From assembly GCF_030028105.1 (NCBI RefSeq), contig NC_092370.1:83224969-83288968 (forward strand): a DNA stretch of 64,000 nt, in the 5' to 3' direction. Origin of the DNA: Mobula birostris (Eukaryota). The translations under genes were made by a program, and so were the position numbers. The notes beneath the pieces are model-generated. The model worked only from the letters and a program-made list of their open reading frames with translations, was not told the origin of the DNA and did not search any database. This document shows, piece by piece, positions 25,603 through 37,754 of this stretch; the first letter of the stretch is position 1; each line of letters opens with the position of its first letter.

Positions 25603-28600
25603 CCCACAACCAATGGATTCACTTTCAAGGACTCTTTATCTCACGGTCTTGATATTTATTGCTTACTTACTTATATTATCGTTCTTTCTTTTCGCATTTG
25701 CACAGTTTGTTGTCTTCTGCACTCTGGTCGAACACCCAAGTTGGGTGGTCGTTCATTGATTCTTAAATAATTACTATTTTATAGATTTGTTGAGAATGCC
25801 CATAAGAAAATGAATCTCAGGGTTGTATATGGTGACATATCTGTAATTTGATAATAAAATTTACTTTGAACTTTGAACTCATTCCTCCTAAACCCCAGGT
25901 GATTTTACACACCTCTACAAGGTCACCTCTCAGCCTCCTAGCTTGCCCACATTGAGAAGCCTGTTGCAGAATGCAGTGAAAAGGTCTGAGATTACAGTTT
26001 CAGGGCAACAATGCAGGGGCCAGTCTGCACAGTGAATGGCATGCACGCCATTGCGTCACAGGTCAAATATCTGAGGCATGCAAATTATTCAAGAATTCTT
26101 CATGGTCCCTGTTATTTTATTAAGTACATGAAGACAGGATTTCAAGTAGTTTCATAGTTACAATCTCTGAAATTACCTTCTTTATAGTTTCAGATTGATA
26201 TATTTATCGGAATATTAATTCCCCAGTCGCAGTAAATGGGATTTGAATTCCTATGTCTCTTACAGAAACTTTGGCTGCTGGCCTAATGATTTATCCACCA
26301 GACTATCATGCCCATTTTATTTTCTGGCTTTAAAAGGGGGGAGGGGTGGCTGGGACAGGCTTTGCCTGTGAAATACAACAGAAGTGCCCCAAGCTGCAAA
26401 GTTCCTGCATAATGCATTCAGGCAACTCCTTCGAAGGCATTTGTTTAACAGGAAACAAATCTCAAATGCTTAATCATTCCAGTGTAGTAATTTCTCAGCT
26501 CCCAGTCAGTCTCAACCAAACTACAGTTAACATTCCAGGGATGGTGACAAAAGTCCCAACGCAAGGTTTTTACCCGAAACATCTGCACTCCTTTCCTCTC
26601 ACAGGTGCCGACCTGCTGAGTTCCTCTAGCAGATTATTTGTTGCCTTCATGTCACCACTTAGATTTAGGGAATTTATTTTCATGATTAACTCAGCATGAA
26701 ACTTCATATAAAAATTTTCATCAACCTACACAGTCCAATGGCAACCATTTATTCCCAATTTCTTACAGGACCTTGCGCTGTTCCTCTAAATGAATTGAGA
26801 ATATGATGTTGCAAGTAGACTAGTACATGAAATATTGAATATAGAGGAGTTGCCTGCATCAAATTATGAATTTTTTTTGTGCAGATTTTATTAAAGACTG
26901 GATTGGGGCCATGTTTTCCACTTCAATTCAAGTGAAAACTATCATGTTAGGTGTTGAGAAAAAGCAAAGTACCCACTGCTGCCTACAGTATGTACATATG
27001 TTAAACCAACAATATAACAAAGAGTGTGCATTACGCTCTGGTTCCCAAACTTTCTCTAGTGAGTTCAAGAGAACTGAATACTGAATGAGTTCCTCTTACT
27101 ACACTCTCCAATTAGGCATCAGGAACAGCAATCCCACTGGTCCCACACCCCACATCCTCTCTGCAGTCCTCATTTAATCCCTTTTCCCTCTGCAAAACTG
27201 ATTGTTCCACCACCCTCATTTTTTCCCTCATATTATTCTTTCACCTAAATATTTTTAATCATTACTCTATCTGAAATAGAAAACAGAAATTGATTTCAAT
27301 CTGTTGGGTTATACTTTAAATGGTTTCAGTCATATTTCTACAAGGATGACATCAGTTTCAAAATGTCTCCATGTACCTGTTCAGGGGAAACGTGTTTTAT
27401 TTTGATGCATCTGTAACACAGCTAATAAACAAGTTAAAATTTCAATGTTCGAGGTAAGTTTATTATTTAAAGTACCATAAGATATAGGAGCAGAATTAGG
27501 CCATTCAGCCCATCAATTCTGCTCCGCCATTCCATCATGGTTGATCCTGGATCCCAATCAACCCCATACATCTGCCTTCTCACCATATCCTTTGATCAGG
27601 ACCGATCAGGAAATGAGCAACTTCTGCCTTAAATATACCCATGGATTTGGCCTCTACCGCAGCCTGTGGCAGGGCATTCCACAGATTCACCACTCTCTGG
27701 CTAAAAAAATTCCTCAGTACGTACTGTATATGTCACCATGAGTAATGTGAATGCCTACACCCTGAGTAGGCATTCGCAGTAGAACATAACAGACTTGATG
27801 AAAAACTGCACGCAGAGAATGACAAACACCAAAGTGTAAAAGGTGACAAACTGTGCAAATATATAAAAAAACAAGTCAGGATTGAACCTGGGCACTGTGA
27901 CACAGTGGTTTCTCCAGCTGTACCACTGTACTGCCCACTGAAGCATTCAACTTTAACTGTCAGATTAAATTATACATTCACACCTTTAGACTGGGTTTTA
28001 GATTCACCAGCTTTAGACGTGTGGTGAGCACCAGCACTGAACCGAGGTCGGCACCTTCCAAATAGCCAATTTATCAAGCACTTTGTGGAAATAGCATTAC
28101 CATTTTCTCACCAAAGGCACAGATGATCTTTAAACACGTTTGTTTACAAATTTCAAATGCATCAAAACAACATACTGGGAATCTGAAATAAGAGAGAATG
28201 GTGAAACTACTCAGCAGGCCAGGCAGCATTCGTAGAGAAACATCTCAAAATCGCTGAGAATTCATCAAAATGACTAGTGAGGGGTCATCAGTCTAAATGA
28301 CCTGTTGAGTATTTCCCTTTCCATGGTCGCTGCCTGACCATGCAGAACAACTTTTTTCAAGTACCATGGTACATGTGAAAATAAACTGATTTACTAATTT
28401 AAGTTACCCATCTATAAACAAAGCATGATGAAGAAAGGCATTGGCTTTAGTAAAAAACTGTAGAGTGGTCAGTGTCATTTGTGATGTGAGTGGTTTCAAT
28501 TTTCCTGCAAGACTCAATTTTGTCCTTTGATTTGTATTTCACATTGACAGCTTGACTCCTTTGGCAACACATCTCAACTGTCAGATATTTGTGGACATAT

Positions 28601-30231
28601 CTTTAAACTATGATAGCAAAAAGCTGTCTAAAAGTGATTTTCAAAGTTAGGAAGCATTCTGATAGAATTAAGAGGGATAACCTGTTAGTTTCCAGAGGAA
28701 TAAAAATGCAAGGTGTTTCAAAGAAGGATCAGAGAGATGATGAGGAGAATAACCACAGAATCTGAAAACCGATCCCCTTAGTACGTTCTTTGCATCCAAT
28801 GGCATTTTAGTAATCTTGCAATGGGAATCCACTGACTCCATTATGCTTTTCCTTATTTATTTTACCACTAATTATTTATTGTGTATTGGTAACACAGGGC
28901 AACACAGCATAGAAAGAGGCCCTTCAGCCCATCATGTCCATGCCAACTGACATGCCCACTGGGGGCGATACCGAAGATCAAAGCCCAAAGGTTGATCAGA
29001 AGTCCAGAAGTCAAGGCCCAATGGAGTCAGTCAGAGCCTCAGGTCTGTGAATCTCTCTTGAGTTCCATAGGAGGAACAGTGCTTGTTTTGCTGTTGCTGT
29101 TTCGTCATGTGGTTGTGTTCTGTGTTCTGCTGAGCATGCCAGCTTGGCACCGGAATATGTGGCAACACTTACGGGCTGCCCCCAGCACCCCAGAAAGGTC
29201 ACCTCAGTAAGGAATAAAGTCCTAGCCTGCCCAACATTTCCCCATAACTCAGGCCTTGAGTGCTCGTAATATTCTTGTAAATCTTCTTTGCACCCTTTTC
29301 AACTTATTGACATCTTTCCTATCACAAGGTGACCACAACTGTATAAAATACCCCAGGTGTGGACTTACCTACACTTAGTCAGTGTCTCATCAAGTACCCG
29401 TGCAGTCTTCTTTCACAAGCCTCGACTAGTTCTGTCTCTACTATACTTAGATGCTGTGATATCCAGACCAGTACCGCTTCATGAATAAAAATGGTTTGTT
29501 GCATTTCCCTTGTAATTTGCTCTGCAAAATGTTATCTATGTCCCTTTTCTGTGGATGGGGACAGCACCCCTTCACTAAGCCTGTCCAAATAATGATAATC
29601 TTGCATTCTTTTATTGTTTGTTGCAATCAGAACAATGAAAACTGAGGTATTGTGTTAAAATAGTCTGCAGAAAACAACAAAAAAGAAAATGGGTTTAATT
29701 GTAACTGCCAGATATATTGAACACCTTATTTCCTGGTCTCCTTTACGGAGCCTACTTAAAATCCACCAGTGATGAAGTGTCCTGCAGAGATCACTCAGAA
29801 TCTATTGCTGTCAGATTTAGGCTCGGAGAGAGAACTCAAAGAAATGAAAGCTTCTGATGCAAAATCAAGAAAGAAGAACCAAGGCAACAGATAGATAAAA
29901 CGTTAATGATTTTTCGTTACATAGGGAGGGATATATTTGCCTTGCACGCTGATTCACAGACTCCTGGGATAAAAGAAATGCCGAGTATATCTGCTTCCAT
30001 CACTGTCTTTGGCTGCACATTCCAGTTACCCACCACACTCTGTGTAAATAAAACCTCTCACCACTACCCCCCCCCCCACCGACATCTCCATACGACCCTA
30101 AGACATAGGAGCAGAATTTAGGCCATTTGGCCCATCGAGTCTACTCCACCATTCGATCATGGCTTATTTATTTTCCCCTCAACTCCATTCTTTGACACCT
30201 TTACGAACCAAAAACCTTTCAACCTTCACTC

Positions 30232-31108
30232 TTTCTTTCCCTCTCCCCCACTTTCTGCAGAGATCGCGCCCTACGTGGCTCCCTTGTCCATTCATCCCTC
30301 CCCACTGATCTCCCTCCTGGCACTTATCCTTGCAAACAGGACAAGTGCTTCACCTACTCTCTCACTACCATTCAGGGCCCCAAACAGTCCTTCCAGGTGA
30401 GGTGACTCTTCACTTGTGAGTCGGTTGGGGTCATTTACTGTGTCCGGTGCTCCAGATGGCCTCCTGTATATTGCTGAGGCCCAATATAGATTGGGAGACC
30501 CGTTCGCTGAACGCCAGATGAAGCGGGATGTCCCAGTGGCCACCCATTTTAACTCCACTTTCCATTCCCATTCCATTATGTCCATCCATAGCCTCCTCCA
30601 CTGTTGTGATGAGGCCACACTCAGGTTGGAGGAACAACACCTTATATTCTGTTTGGGTAGCCTCCAACCTGATGGCATGAACATCGATTTCTCGAACTTC
30701 TGGTAATGCCCCTTCCCCACCCCCCTCTTCTTCACTATTTGCCATCCCCTTTTCCCTCTCTCACCTTATCTCCTTGCCCACCCATCGCCTCCCTCTGGTG
30801 CTCCCCCACCTTTTCTTTCTTCCATGGCTGACTGTCCTCTTCTATCAGACTCCCCCTTCTCCAGCCCTGTATCTCTTTCACCAATCAACTTCCCAGCTTT
30901 TTACTTCATTCCTCCCCCTTCAGATTTCACCTTATCACATTGTGTTTCTCTCTCCCCCCCCCCCACCACCCCACCGCCTTTAAACTCTACTCCTCAGCTT
31001 TTTTCTCCAGTCCTGCTGAAGGGTCTGGGCCAAAAATGTTGACTGTACTTTTTTCCAAAGATGCTGCCTGACCTGCTGAATTCCTCCAGCATTTTGTGTG
31101 TGTTGCTT
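30232..31108 (+). mobile_element. PLE 3' fragment (GIY-YIG, 3' UTR, degenerate hammerhead)
   Basis: LLYIAEAQYRLGDPFAE..PVATHFNS..LQPDGMNIDFSNFW; CAGTCCTGCTGAAGGG..AAAAATGTTGACTG at 31008-31045; ends ...GTGTGTTGCT. Confidence 0.85.
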
Positions 31109-31845
31109 TAAATATACCTAATGACTTGGCCCTCTACAGCTGTTTGTGGCAATAAATTCCACTCATTTACCACCCACCCTCTGGCTAAAGAAGTTCTTTC
31201 TGATCTTTGTTTCAAAGAGATGTCCTTATATTCTGAGGCTGTGTCCTCTAGTCCTAGACTCTCCCACTATTGGAAACATCATTTCCACATCTACCTTCCT
31301 GAAGCCTTTCTCCTTCGAACTTAACTCACTTACATTAAATGCATGCCCTCTGGAACTAAATGTTTCTCTCTGGGAAAGAATGGAGTTTGGTTATCCCTCT
31401 CATAAACTTTTATCAGGTCTCCCCTCAGCCTCTCCCACTCCTATCCAGGCACCATCCTGATAAACTTCTTCTGCTGTCTCTTCAGAGCTTCCGCAGCCTT
31501 CCTGTAATGTGGTGACCAGAAATGAATACAATAGTCCAAATGCTGGCTGAACTAGAGATTGATAAAGCTGCAACATAACTTCCTAATTATTGAACTCAAT
31601 AACTAAACTAATAAAGTTCTCTTTACTTTATTGTCACTGAACAATTGATACTAGAGCGTACAATCATCACAGCTATATTTAATTCTGCGCTTTGTGCTCC
31701 CTGGAGTACAAATTGATAGAAAATATTAAAAATTTAAATTATAAATCATAAATAGAAAATAGAAAAGGGAAAGTAGTACAAAAAAACCGAGAGGCAGGTC
31801 CGGATATTTGGAAGGGACGGCCCAGATCCGGGTCAGGATCCGTTC

Positions 31846-32053
31846 AAGCAACACACATCAAAGCTGCTGGTGAATGCAGCAGGTCAGGCAGCATCTCTAG
31901 GAAGAGGTAGAGTCCACGTTTCGGGCCGAGACCCTTCGTCAGGACTAACTGAAAGAAAGACCTCTTCCTAGAGATGCTGCCTGGCCTGCTGCATTCACCA
32001 GCAACTTTCATGTGTGTTTCCTGAATTTCCAGGGTCTGCAGAATTCCTCGTGT
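31846..32053. mobile_element. Fold-back PLE-terminus insertion
   Basis: Two inverted copies of the PLE end, with a perfect 13-bp TSD TCAGGATCCGTTC (31833-31845 and 32054-32066). It sits inside a Rex1 3' UTR. Confidence 0.9.
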
Positions 32054-33344
32054 TCAGGATCCGTTCTGCAGTCTTATCACAGTTGGAAAGAAGCTGTTCC
32101 CAAATCTGGCTGTACGAGTCTTCAAGCTCCTGAGCCTTCTCCTGGAGGGAAGAGGGATGAAAAGTTCACTTTCTTTACCATCCTAATGACTCGTGCAGCC
32201 ACTTTCAGGAAGCTATAGACCTGGACCCCAAGATCCCCATATTTACAACCACTCCACCACCTGCAGGTTCCCCTCCAAATCACACACCATCCCAGCCAGA
32301 AACATGGTACTGTTCCTTCCAGGCCAAAACCCTGGAATTCCTGACTCAATAGTATTCTGAAGGTTCTTACACAGGCTAGAGAGATTCAGAGGACAACTCA
32401 TCATCAGTCATCATGGAGAAATTATGGTGGGCAGTAAGAGTTGGCCTTACTAGTGGTGTGTCTATATAAGGTCTACAGGTTATAGGAAGGATATAGAGGT
32501 GTCAACTTGGTTCTCTGGATAAGGAAAGATTGTGGGCTTATCTGCCAAAGCTGTTCAAAATTGTACAAGGGTTTGATTGAGTTTACACCTATGTTTACTT
32601 GCAGGCAGGACCAGAAATGAACATTGTAAATGTAACGTATACAGAACCAACACTAATCAACCCACAAGATATTGGAGGAACTCAGTGGGCCAGACAGTAT
32701 CTCTGGAGGGAAATGGACAGTCAACGTTTTGAGTTGTGATTCTTTATTTCCTTGTCCAGACCCTAGCACCTGCAGTCCCGTGTGACCCCGCCAGTTGATC
32801 CAATTGTTTGTATAGGTGAAATGTCCTCAGCAGGGAAATGGTGGGGATATGATATTCATTTTGAGCAGAGAGATTTAGTAAATGGTGAGTATGTAATTAC
32901 CTGAGTGAGAAAGGACAAAGTATTTGATTGAAGATCTGAAAGCATTGGATTTCTGTGGGTCAGGACTCAGCTATGAACCTGTTGCCATGCTGTATGTACT
33001 TTGCAATCTGTACATCAATAATCCTATGAAGGTCAATCAGCAGTGGGTCCTCACTGGTGCAGTAACAACCCAAATGTACTTCAGGAACTCAGATGATTCT
33101 GGCTATCTCAACTTCTCAAAAGGCTTTTGGGAAAACATTCCATACTAAAAGCCAACAGTTGAACTCAAGAGCTATGGGGAATTCCAGAAAGAGTCACTGT
33201 ACTGGCAGCGGCAAAGAATCTGCCTGACAGAGGGTATGAGGTAGGCAGGAAGCAACAATACGCGAGACTATTTTGTGAAATTTAGAGAGACAGCACGGTA
33301 ACAGGCCCATCTGGCCCAATGAGCTTAAGCTGCCCTATTACACC

Positions 33345-33512
33345 CACGTGACCAATTAACATACCAACCTGTACGTCTTTGGAATGTGGGAGGAAATCGG
33401 AGCACCCGGAGGAAACCCACATGGTCACAGGGAGAATGTACAAACTCCTTACAGACAGCAGAAGGAATTGAAACTTATTCGCCTGTGCTGTAATACCGTT
33501 ACGCTACTGTGC
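33345..33512 (-). mobile_element. V-domain tRNA-derived SINE (HE1-like)
   Basis: GGAATGTGGGAGGAAATCGGAGCACCCGGAGGAAACCCAC is the reverse complement of the V-SINE core. Related copies lie at ~48110-48310 (+) and ~53340-53520 (+). Confidence 0.7.
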
Positions 33513-34624
33513 CGAGTTAAGAGGAGCCGAGTCAAAGTGGGGGTGTGGAGTAAACCACAGAGCAACACTGTGCGGTCAGATCCTGAGCATTAAACCATTC
33601 CTCAGAACAGGAGCAGGCTGCAAACGTTTATGTAATGTGGTTATGCTGGGTTGTTTTACTTTGAATCACTAACTAATGGATGTAACAAACGATCCAACAG
33701 AATCTGTGCTGGAGAGGAAGACCTGGAACTAGTACAAACAGTCATTTACTTTCTCCCTTGTGCCCTTACCCAGCAAGATTTCTGTTGATTCCTAACACAT
33801 CCTCCCACCCAAAAACATCTTCCATTCACAATACAGATTCGGACTTTTGGACGAATGATTGATTAGGTCTTCCCTCTGACTGGTAAATAAATTCCAAAGT
33901 AAATTTAAAAAAAAAGTCAGGAAGGGGACGCAAAAGTTGAGCTGTTTTCTGAAAAACAAAATGTGTCCTTTTAATCAAGTTAATAAATGCCTAAGGCTGT
34001 CTCAACTGTGGATACAATCAGAAATGTCCAACATGTTTTTGGTTATTTTTACTGAGATATTTGGTGAAAAGAAGTGCAACTTGTTTATCTCAATATTAAG
34101 AACATGAAGACATTACCCACATTATTTGATTTCACATGCCTTGGAGCCATGCACTTTGAAATTCTTTCTCTTGCTTTGTCATCCCTCCACAGATGTCTTC
34201 TCTGTGCCCACATCCAGTCCTGTGAGACGCTTTAGTCCTTCCAATTCTGCCTTGGTTTTAAGCTCTGCACGAATCACAATTACTTCACTCCTTACACCTC
34301 TCTGTGGTTTATAAGTCGATGTCCTGGAACCCTCCACTCTGCACCATTTTGGATAAACTTTTACTGAAGGACTGCAGTCGTTCATCACTGCCTTTACACC
34401 ACACACATTTATAAAGGCACGTTGTTAACATGGAATACAGAAACTAGGAAAGGGAACAACAAACGGTCTGTCGGAGGACCTCTGTGATGTGGGGGAAAGG
34501 AATTGTCAATGTATTGGGTTGAAACCCCGAATGTCAGTAGGAGCAGGAGGCCACTCGGCCCCTCAAGGCTGCCCTGCCATTCCATACAATCATGGCTGAT
34601 CTGTCCCAGGCCTCATCCCCTCTC

Positions 34625-34854
34625 TGTTGTCTATTTAATATTTCAGTAATATTGTAAATATAATACTTGATAAGGCTTCCTTTATTGTTTGTTGCTCATT
34701 ATTATAGGTTTAATGTAAAAGTACTTGAATGGCATACATCATGATGCCACCATGTCATAAGTGCGTACCTTACTAAAAGTAAAAATGAAGCAGACACATT
34801 TATCACCAGTCCCTTGATTTTTTTTCGATTAGTTTCTAGAGTTACAAAACAACA
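34625..34854 (+). mobile_element. Solo LTR of the Gypsy family at 7338-10990
   Basis: TGTTGT...AACAACA termini; it aligns with the reverse complement of both LTRs of the 7338-10990 element. Confidence 0.8.
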
Positions 34855-35599
34855 CTTCCCTTTGTCAATTGCCTGTAGCCCTCCAGCCCCTAATCACAGA
34901 ACATAGAACAGTACAGCACCAACAGGCACTTCCAGCCGTCCATGACGCCAGTCTAACTAATGTCTGCCTGCAAGTGGTCTGCGTCCCTTCATTCCATGCC
35001 TGCTCATGTGTCTGTCTAGATGCCTCTGCAGCACCGCTATCGTATTGCTTCCATCATCTCTCCTGGCCACCTGTTCCAGGCACCTACTACTCTTTGTATA
35101 AAAGACGTGCCTCATAAATCTCCTTTATACTCTCTCCCAACACCTTAAACCTACACTCTGTGGTATCTGACACTTCCACCCTGGGGTAAAGATTCTACCA
35201 TCATTCAGGCTGCCAACATGGGATAATAAACAGACAAGTGGCCCAAATTTAATCCCTCCACCATTGCCTTCTGATCCCAAACCATGGAAATCCCACTCCA
35301 GACCTGTTCTCTTACAGACATGGCACAGAAACATGCCCTGCTGCTCAGCACCCAACATCAACCGGTCAGTTACACTCATCCTACACCAATTATTCCCCCC
35401 TCATTCCCACCAACTACCCCCAGATGCTCCCACTCTCCTTCACAGAGGCCATTACCCTACTGAACCACCTGTCCTTGGGATGTGAGAGGAAACACTGTGG
35501 AAAGATGAAACAGAGACAAATAAAATGAAAGGGAGGAACAGTACATGAGCCTCAAGACCCACATTTGACATTTCAGGAACAACTCTTACCCCTCCACTC

Positions 35600-36870
35600 A
35601 CCTCAATAATAAGCAAATGCTTTGAGAGGCTGGTCAAGGACTACATCTGCAGCTTGCTACTACTCACATTAGACTCCCTACGATTCGCCTATCGACACAA
35701 CTGATTGACAGATGATGCAATAGCCACAGTCTTTACACACCGTCCTTACACACCTGGAGAGGAGGGATGCTCATGTGAGAATGCTGTTCTTGGACTACAG
35801 TTCAGCATTCAACACCATAATTCCCTCCAGGCTTGACAAGAAGCTCAGAGACCTCAGCCTTCACCCTGCCTTGTGTAGCTGGATTCTGGACTTCCTGTTA
35901 GATCGCTGGCAGGTGGTGAGAGTGGGCTGCCTCACCTCTGCCCCTCTGACCCCCAACACAGAGGCCCCTCCAGGGCTGTGTCCTAAGCCCCCTCCTTTAC
36001 CCTCTGTATAACCATGACTGTGTCGCCACCCACAGCTCCAATCTGCTAATTAAATTTGCTGACAACACTACACCATTGGCCAAATCTCAAATAATAATGA
36101 GGCAGCCTACAGAGAGGAAATCATCACGCTGACACTGGTGTCAAGGAAACAACCTCTCCCTCAATATCGCAAAAACAAAAGAGCTGGTTGTGAATTATAC
36201 GAGGAACGGAGACAGGCTAGCCCATATTGACATCAATGGATCTGGGGTTGAGGGGGTAAACAGCTTCAAGTTCCTCAGTATACACATCACTGAGGATCTC
36301 ACACGGTCTGTACATACTGGCTGTGTGGTGAAAAAGGCACAACAGCGTCTTCTTCACCTCAGACAGTTGAAGAGGTTTGGCATGAGTTGCCAGATCCTAA
36401 GAACTTTCTACAGGGGCAAAATTGAGAGCATCCTGACTGGCTGCATCACTGCCTGGTATGGGAACTGTACTTCCCTCAATCACAGGACTCTGCAGAGAGT
36501 GGTACGGACAGCCCAGTGCATCTGTAGATGTGAACTTCCCACTATTCAGGACATTTACAGCGATAGGTGCCGAAAAAGGGCCCGAGTCACCCCAACCCAA
36601 ATTGTTCCAGTTGCTACAATCCAGGAAACAGTACCGCAGCATTAAAGCCAGGACCAACAGGCTCCGGGACAGCTTCTTTCACCAGGCCATCAGACTAATT
36701 CACGCTGACACAATTCGAAGCTATGTTGACTGTTCTGTTGTATATCTTACTGTACATACTATTTACTACAAATTACTGTAAACTGCACATTGCACATTCA
36801 GACAGAGACGTAACGTAAAGATTTTTACTCCTCATGTATGTGAAGGATGTAAGAAATAAACTCAATTCAA
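35600..36870 (+). mobile_element. Rex1/Babar-type LINE, RT region to 3' end (frameshifted)
   Basis: KCFERLV, VRMLFLDYSSAFNTIIP, PQGCVLSPLL, LIKFADNTT, FKFLSIHI and ESILTGCITAWYG; (ATTCA)n tail. Confidence 0.88.
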
Positions 36871-36912
36871 TCGACCACCAGCTTTCTGAATAGCCCACGA
36901 ACCCTCCTTATT

Positions 36913-37133
36913 TAAAAACGCAAACAACAGGAATTCTGCAGATGCTGGAAATTCAAGCAACACACATGAAAGTTGCTGGTGAACGCAGCAGGCCAGGCAG
37001 CATCTCTAGGAAGAGGTACAGTCGACGTTTCAGGCCGAGACGAAGGGTCTCGTCCTGAAACGTCGACTGTACCTCTTCCTAGAGATGCTGCCTGGCCTGC
37101 TGCGGTCACCAGCAACTTTCATGTGTGTTGCTT
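36913..37133. mobile_element. Fold-back PLE-terminus insertion (~90-bp near-perfect hairpin)
   Basis: Arms 36952-37041 and 37047-37136 are reverse complements with 2 mismatches. Perfect 14-bp TSD GAACCCTCCTTATT (36899-36912 and 37134-37147). Confidence 0.92.
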
Positions 37134-37218
37134 GAACCCTCCTTATTCCCCTTGTTTTATGTATTTGTTTTTGCTACTTATAGTAATTTACCACTGCTAC
37201 AAAACAGTTCTCCACATA

Positions 37219-37279
37219 CAGTACTGTGCAAATATCTTACGTATGTATCTCAGATGCCTAAGACTTCTGCAGAGTACTG
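37219..37279. mobile_element. Tiny Tc1/mariner-type MITE
   Basis: CAGTACTGTGCA...TGCAGAGTACTG inverted ends with TA on both sides. Confidence 0.65.
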
Positions 37280-37695
37280 TAGTAATTTTATGTATTTCAC
37301 TGTACTGCTGCCACAAAAAAAATTATGACATATGTGAGTACTGATAAGCCTGATTCTGCTATGGGTCTCTGTTGTGGACTGACAGTGGGAAGGTTGCAGG
37401 GAGGGGGGAATCATAGTTGGGAAAAGGGGAAGGGAGAGGGGAGGGAGTGGGAAGCACCAGACATTCTGTAATGATCAATAAACCAACTATTTGACATCAA
37501 AAATACCTTGCTTGATGTCTCAGGGCTGGCTGTGTCTGCACCGCGCCACCCTCCCACCACCCCGCCCCAACCCCGGCACTCTTTCTCTTGCCACCTGTAC
37601 CACACCCTTCTCGCAGCGCTCCACCCTCGCCATTTCCAGCAACCCTTGCTCCCGCCTGACTTGCAAACTCGCTCTCCGCTCCACGTTGACAAATA

Positions 37696-37754
37696 CAGTA
37701 CTGTGCAATAGTCTTTGGCACCCTATATCTGCCCAAGACTTTTGCGTAGTACTG
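37696..37754. mobile_element. Tiny Tc1/mariner-type MITE (same family as 37219)
   Basis: CAGTACTGTGCAATAGTCTTTGGCA / TGCCCAAGACTTTTGCGTAGTACTG inverted ends. Confidence 0.65.

Noticed and set aside
32924-33148. 74-aa ORF resembling a host exon
   Set aside because: YLNFSKGFWENIPY resembles the CR1 motif YLDFSKAFDKVPH, so it is most likely an ancient CR1 remnant.
36912-37344. Similar ORFs on both strands (MLVNAAGQAASLGRG...)
   Set aside because: An artefact of the fold-back palindrome of a non-coding PLE terminus.
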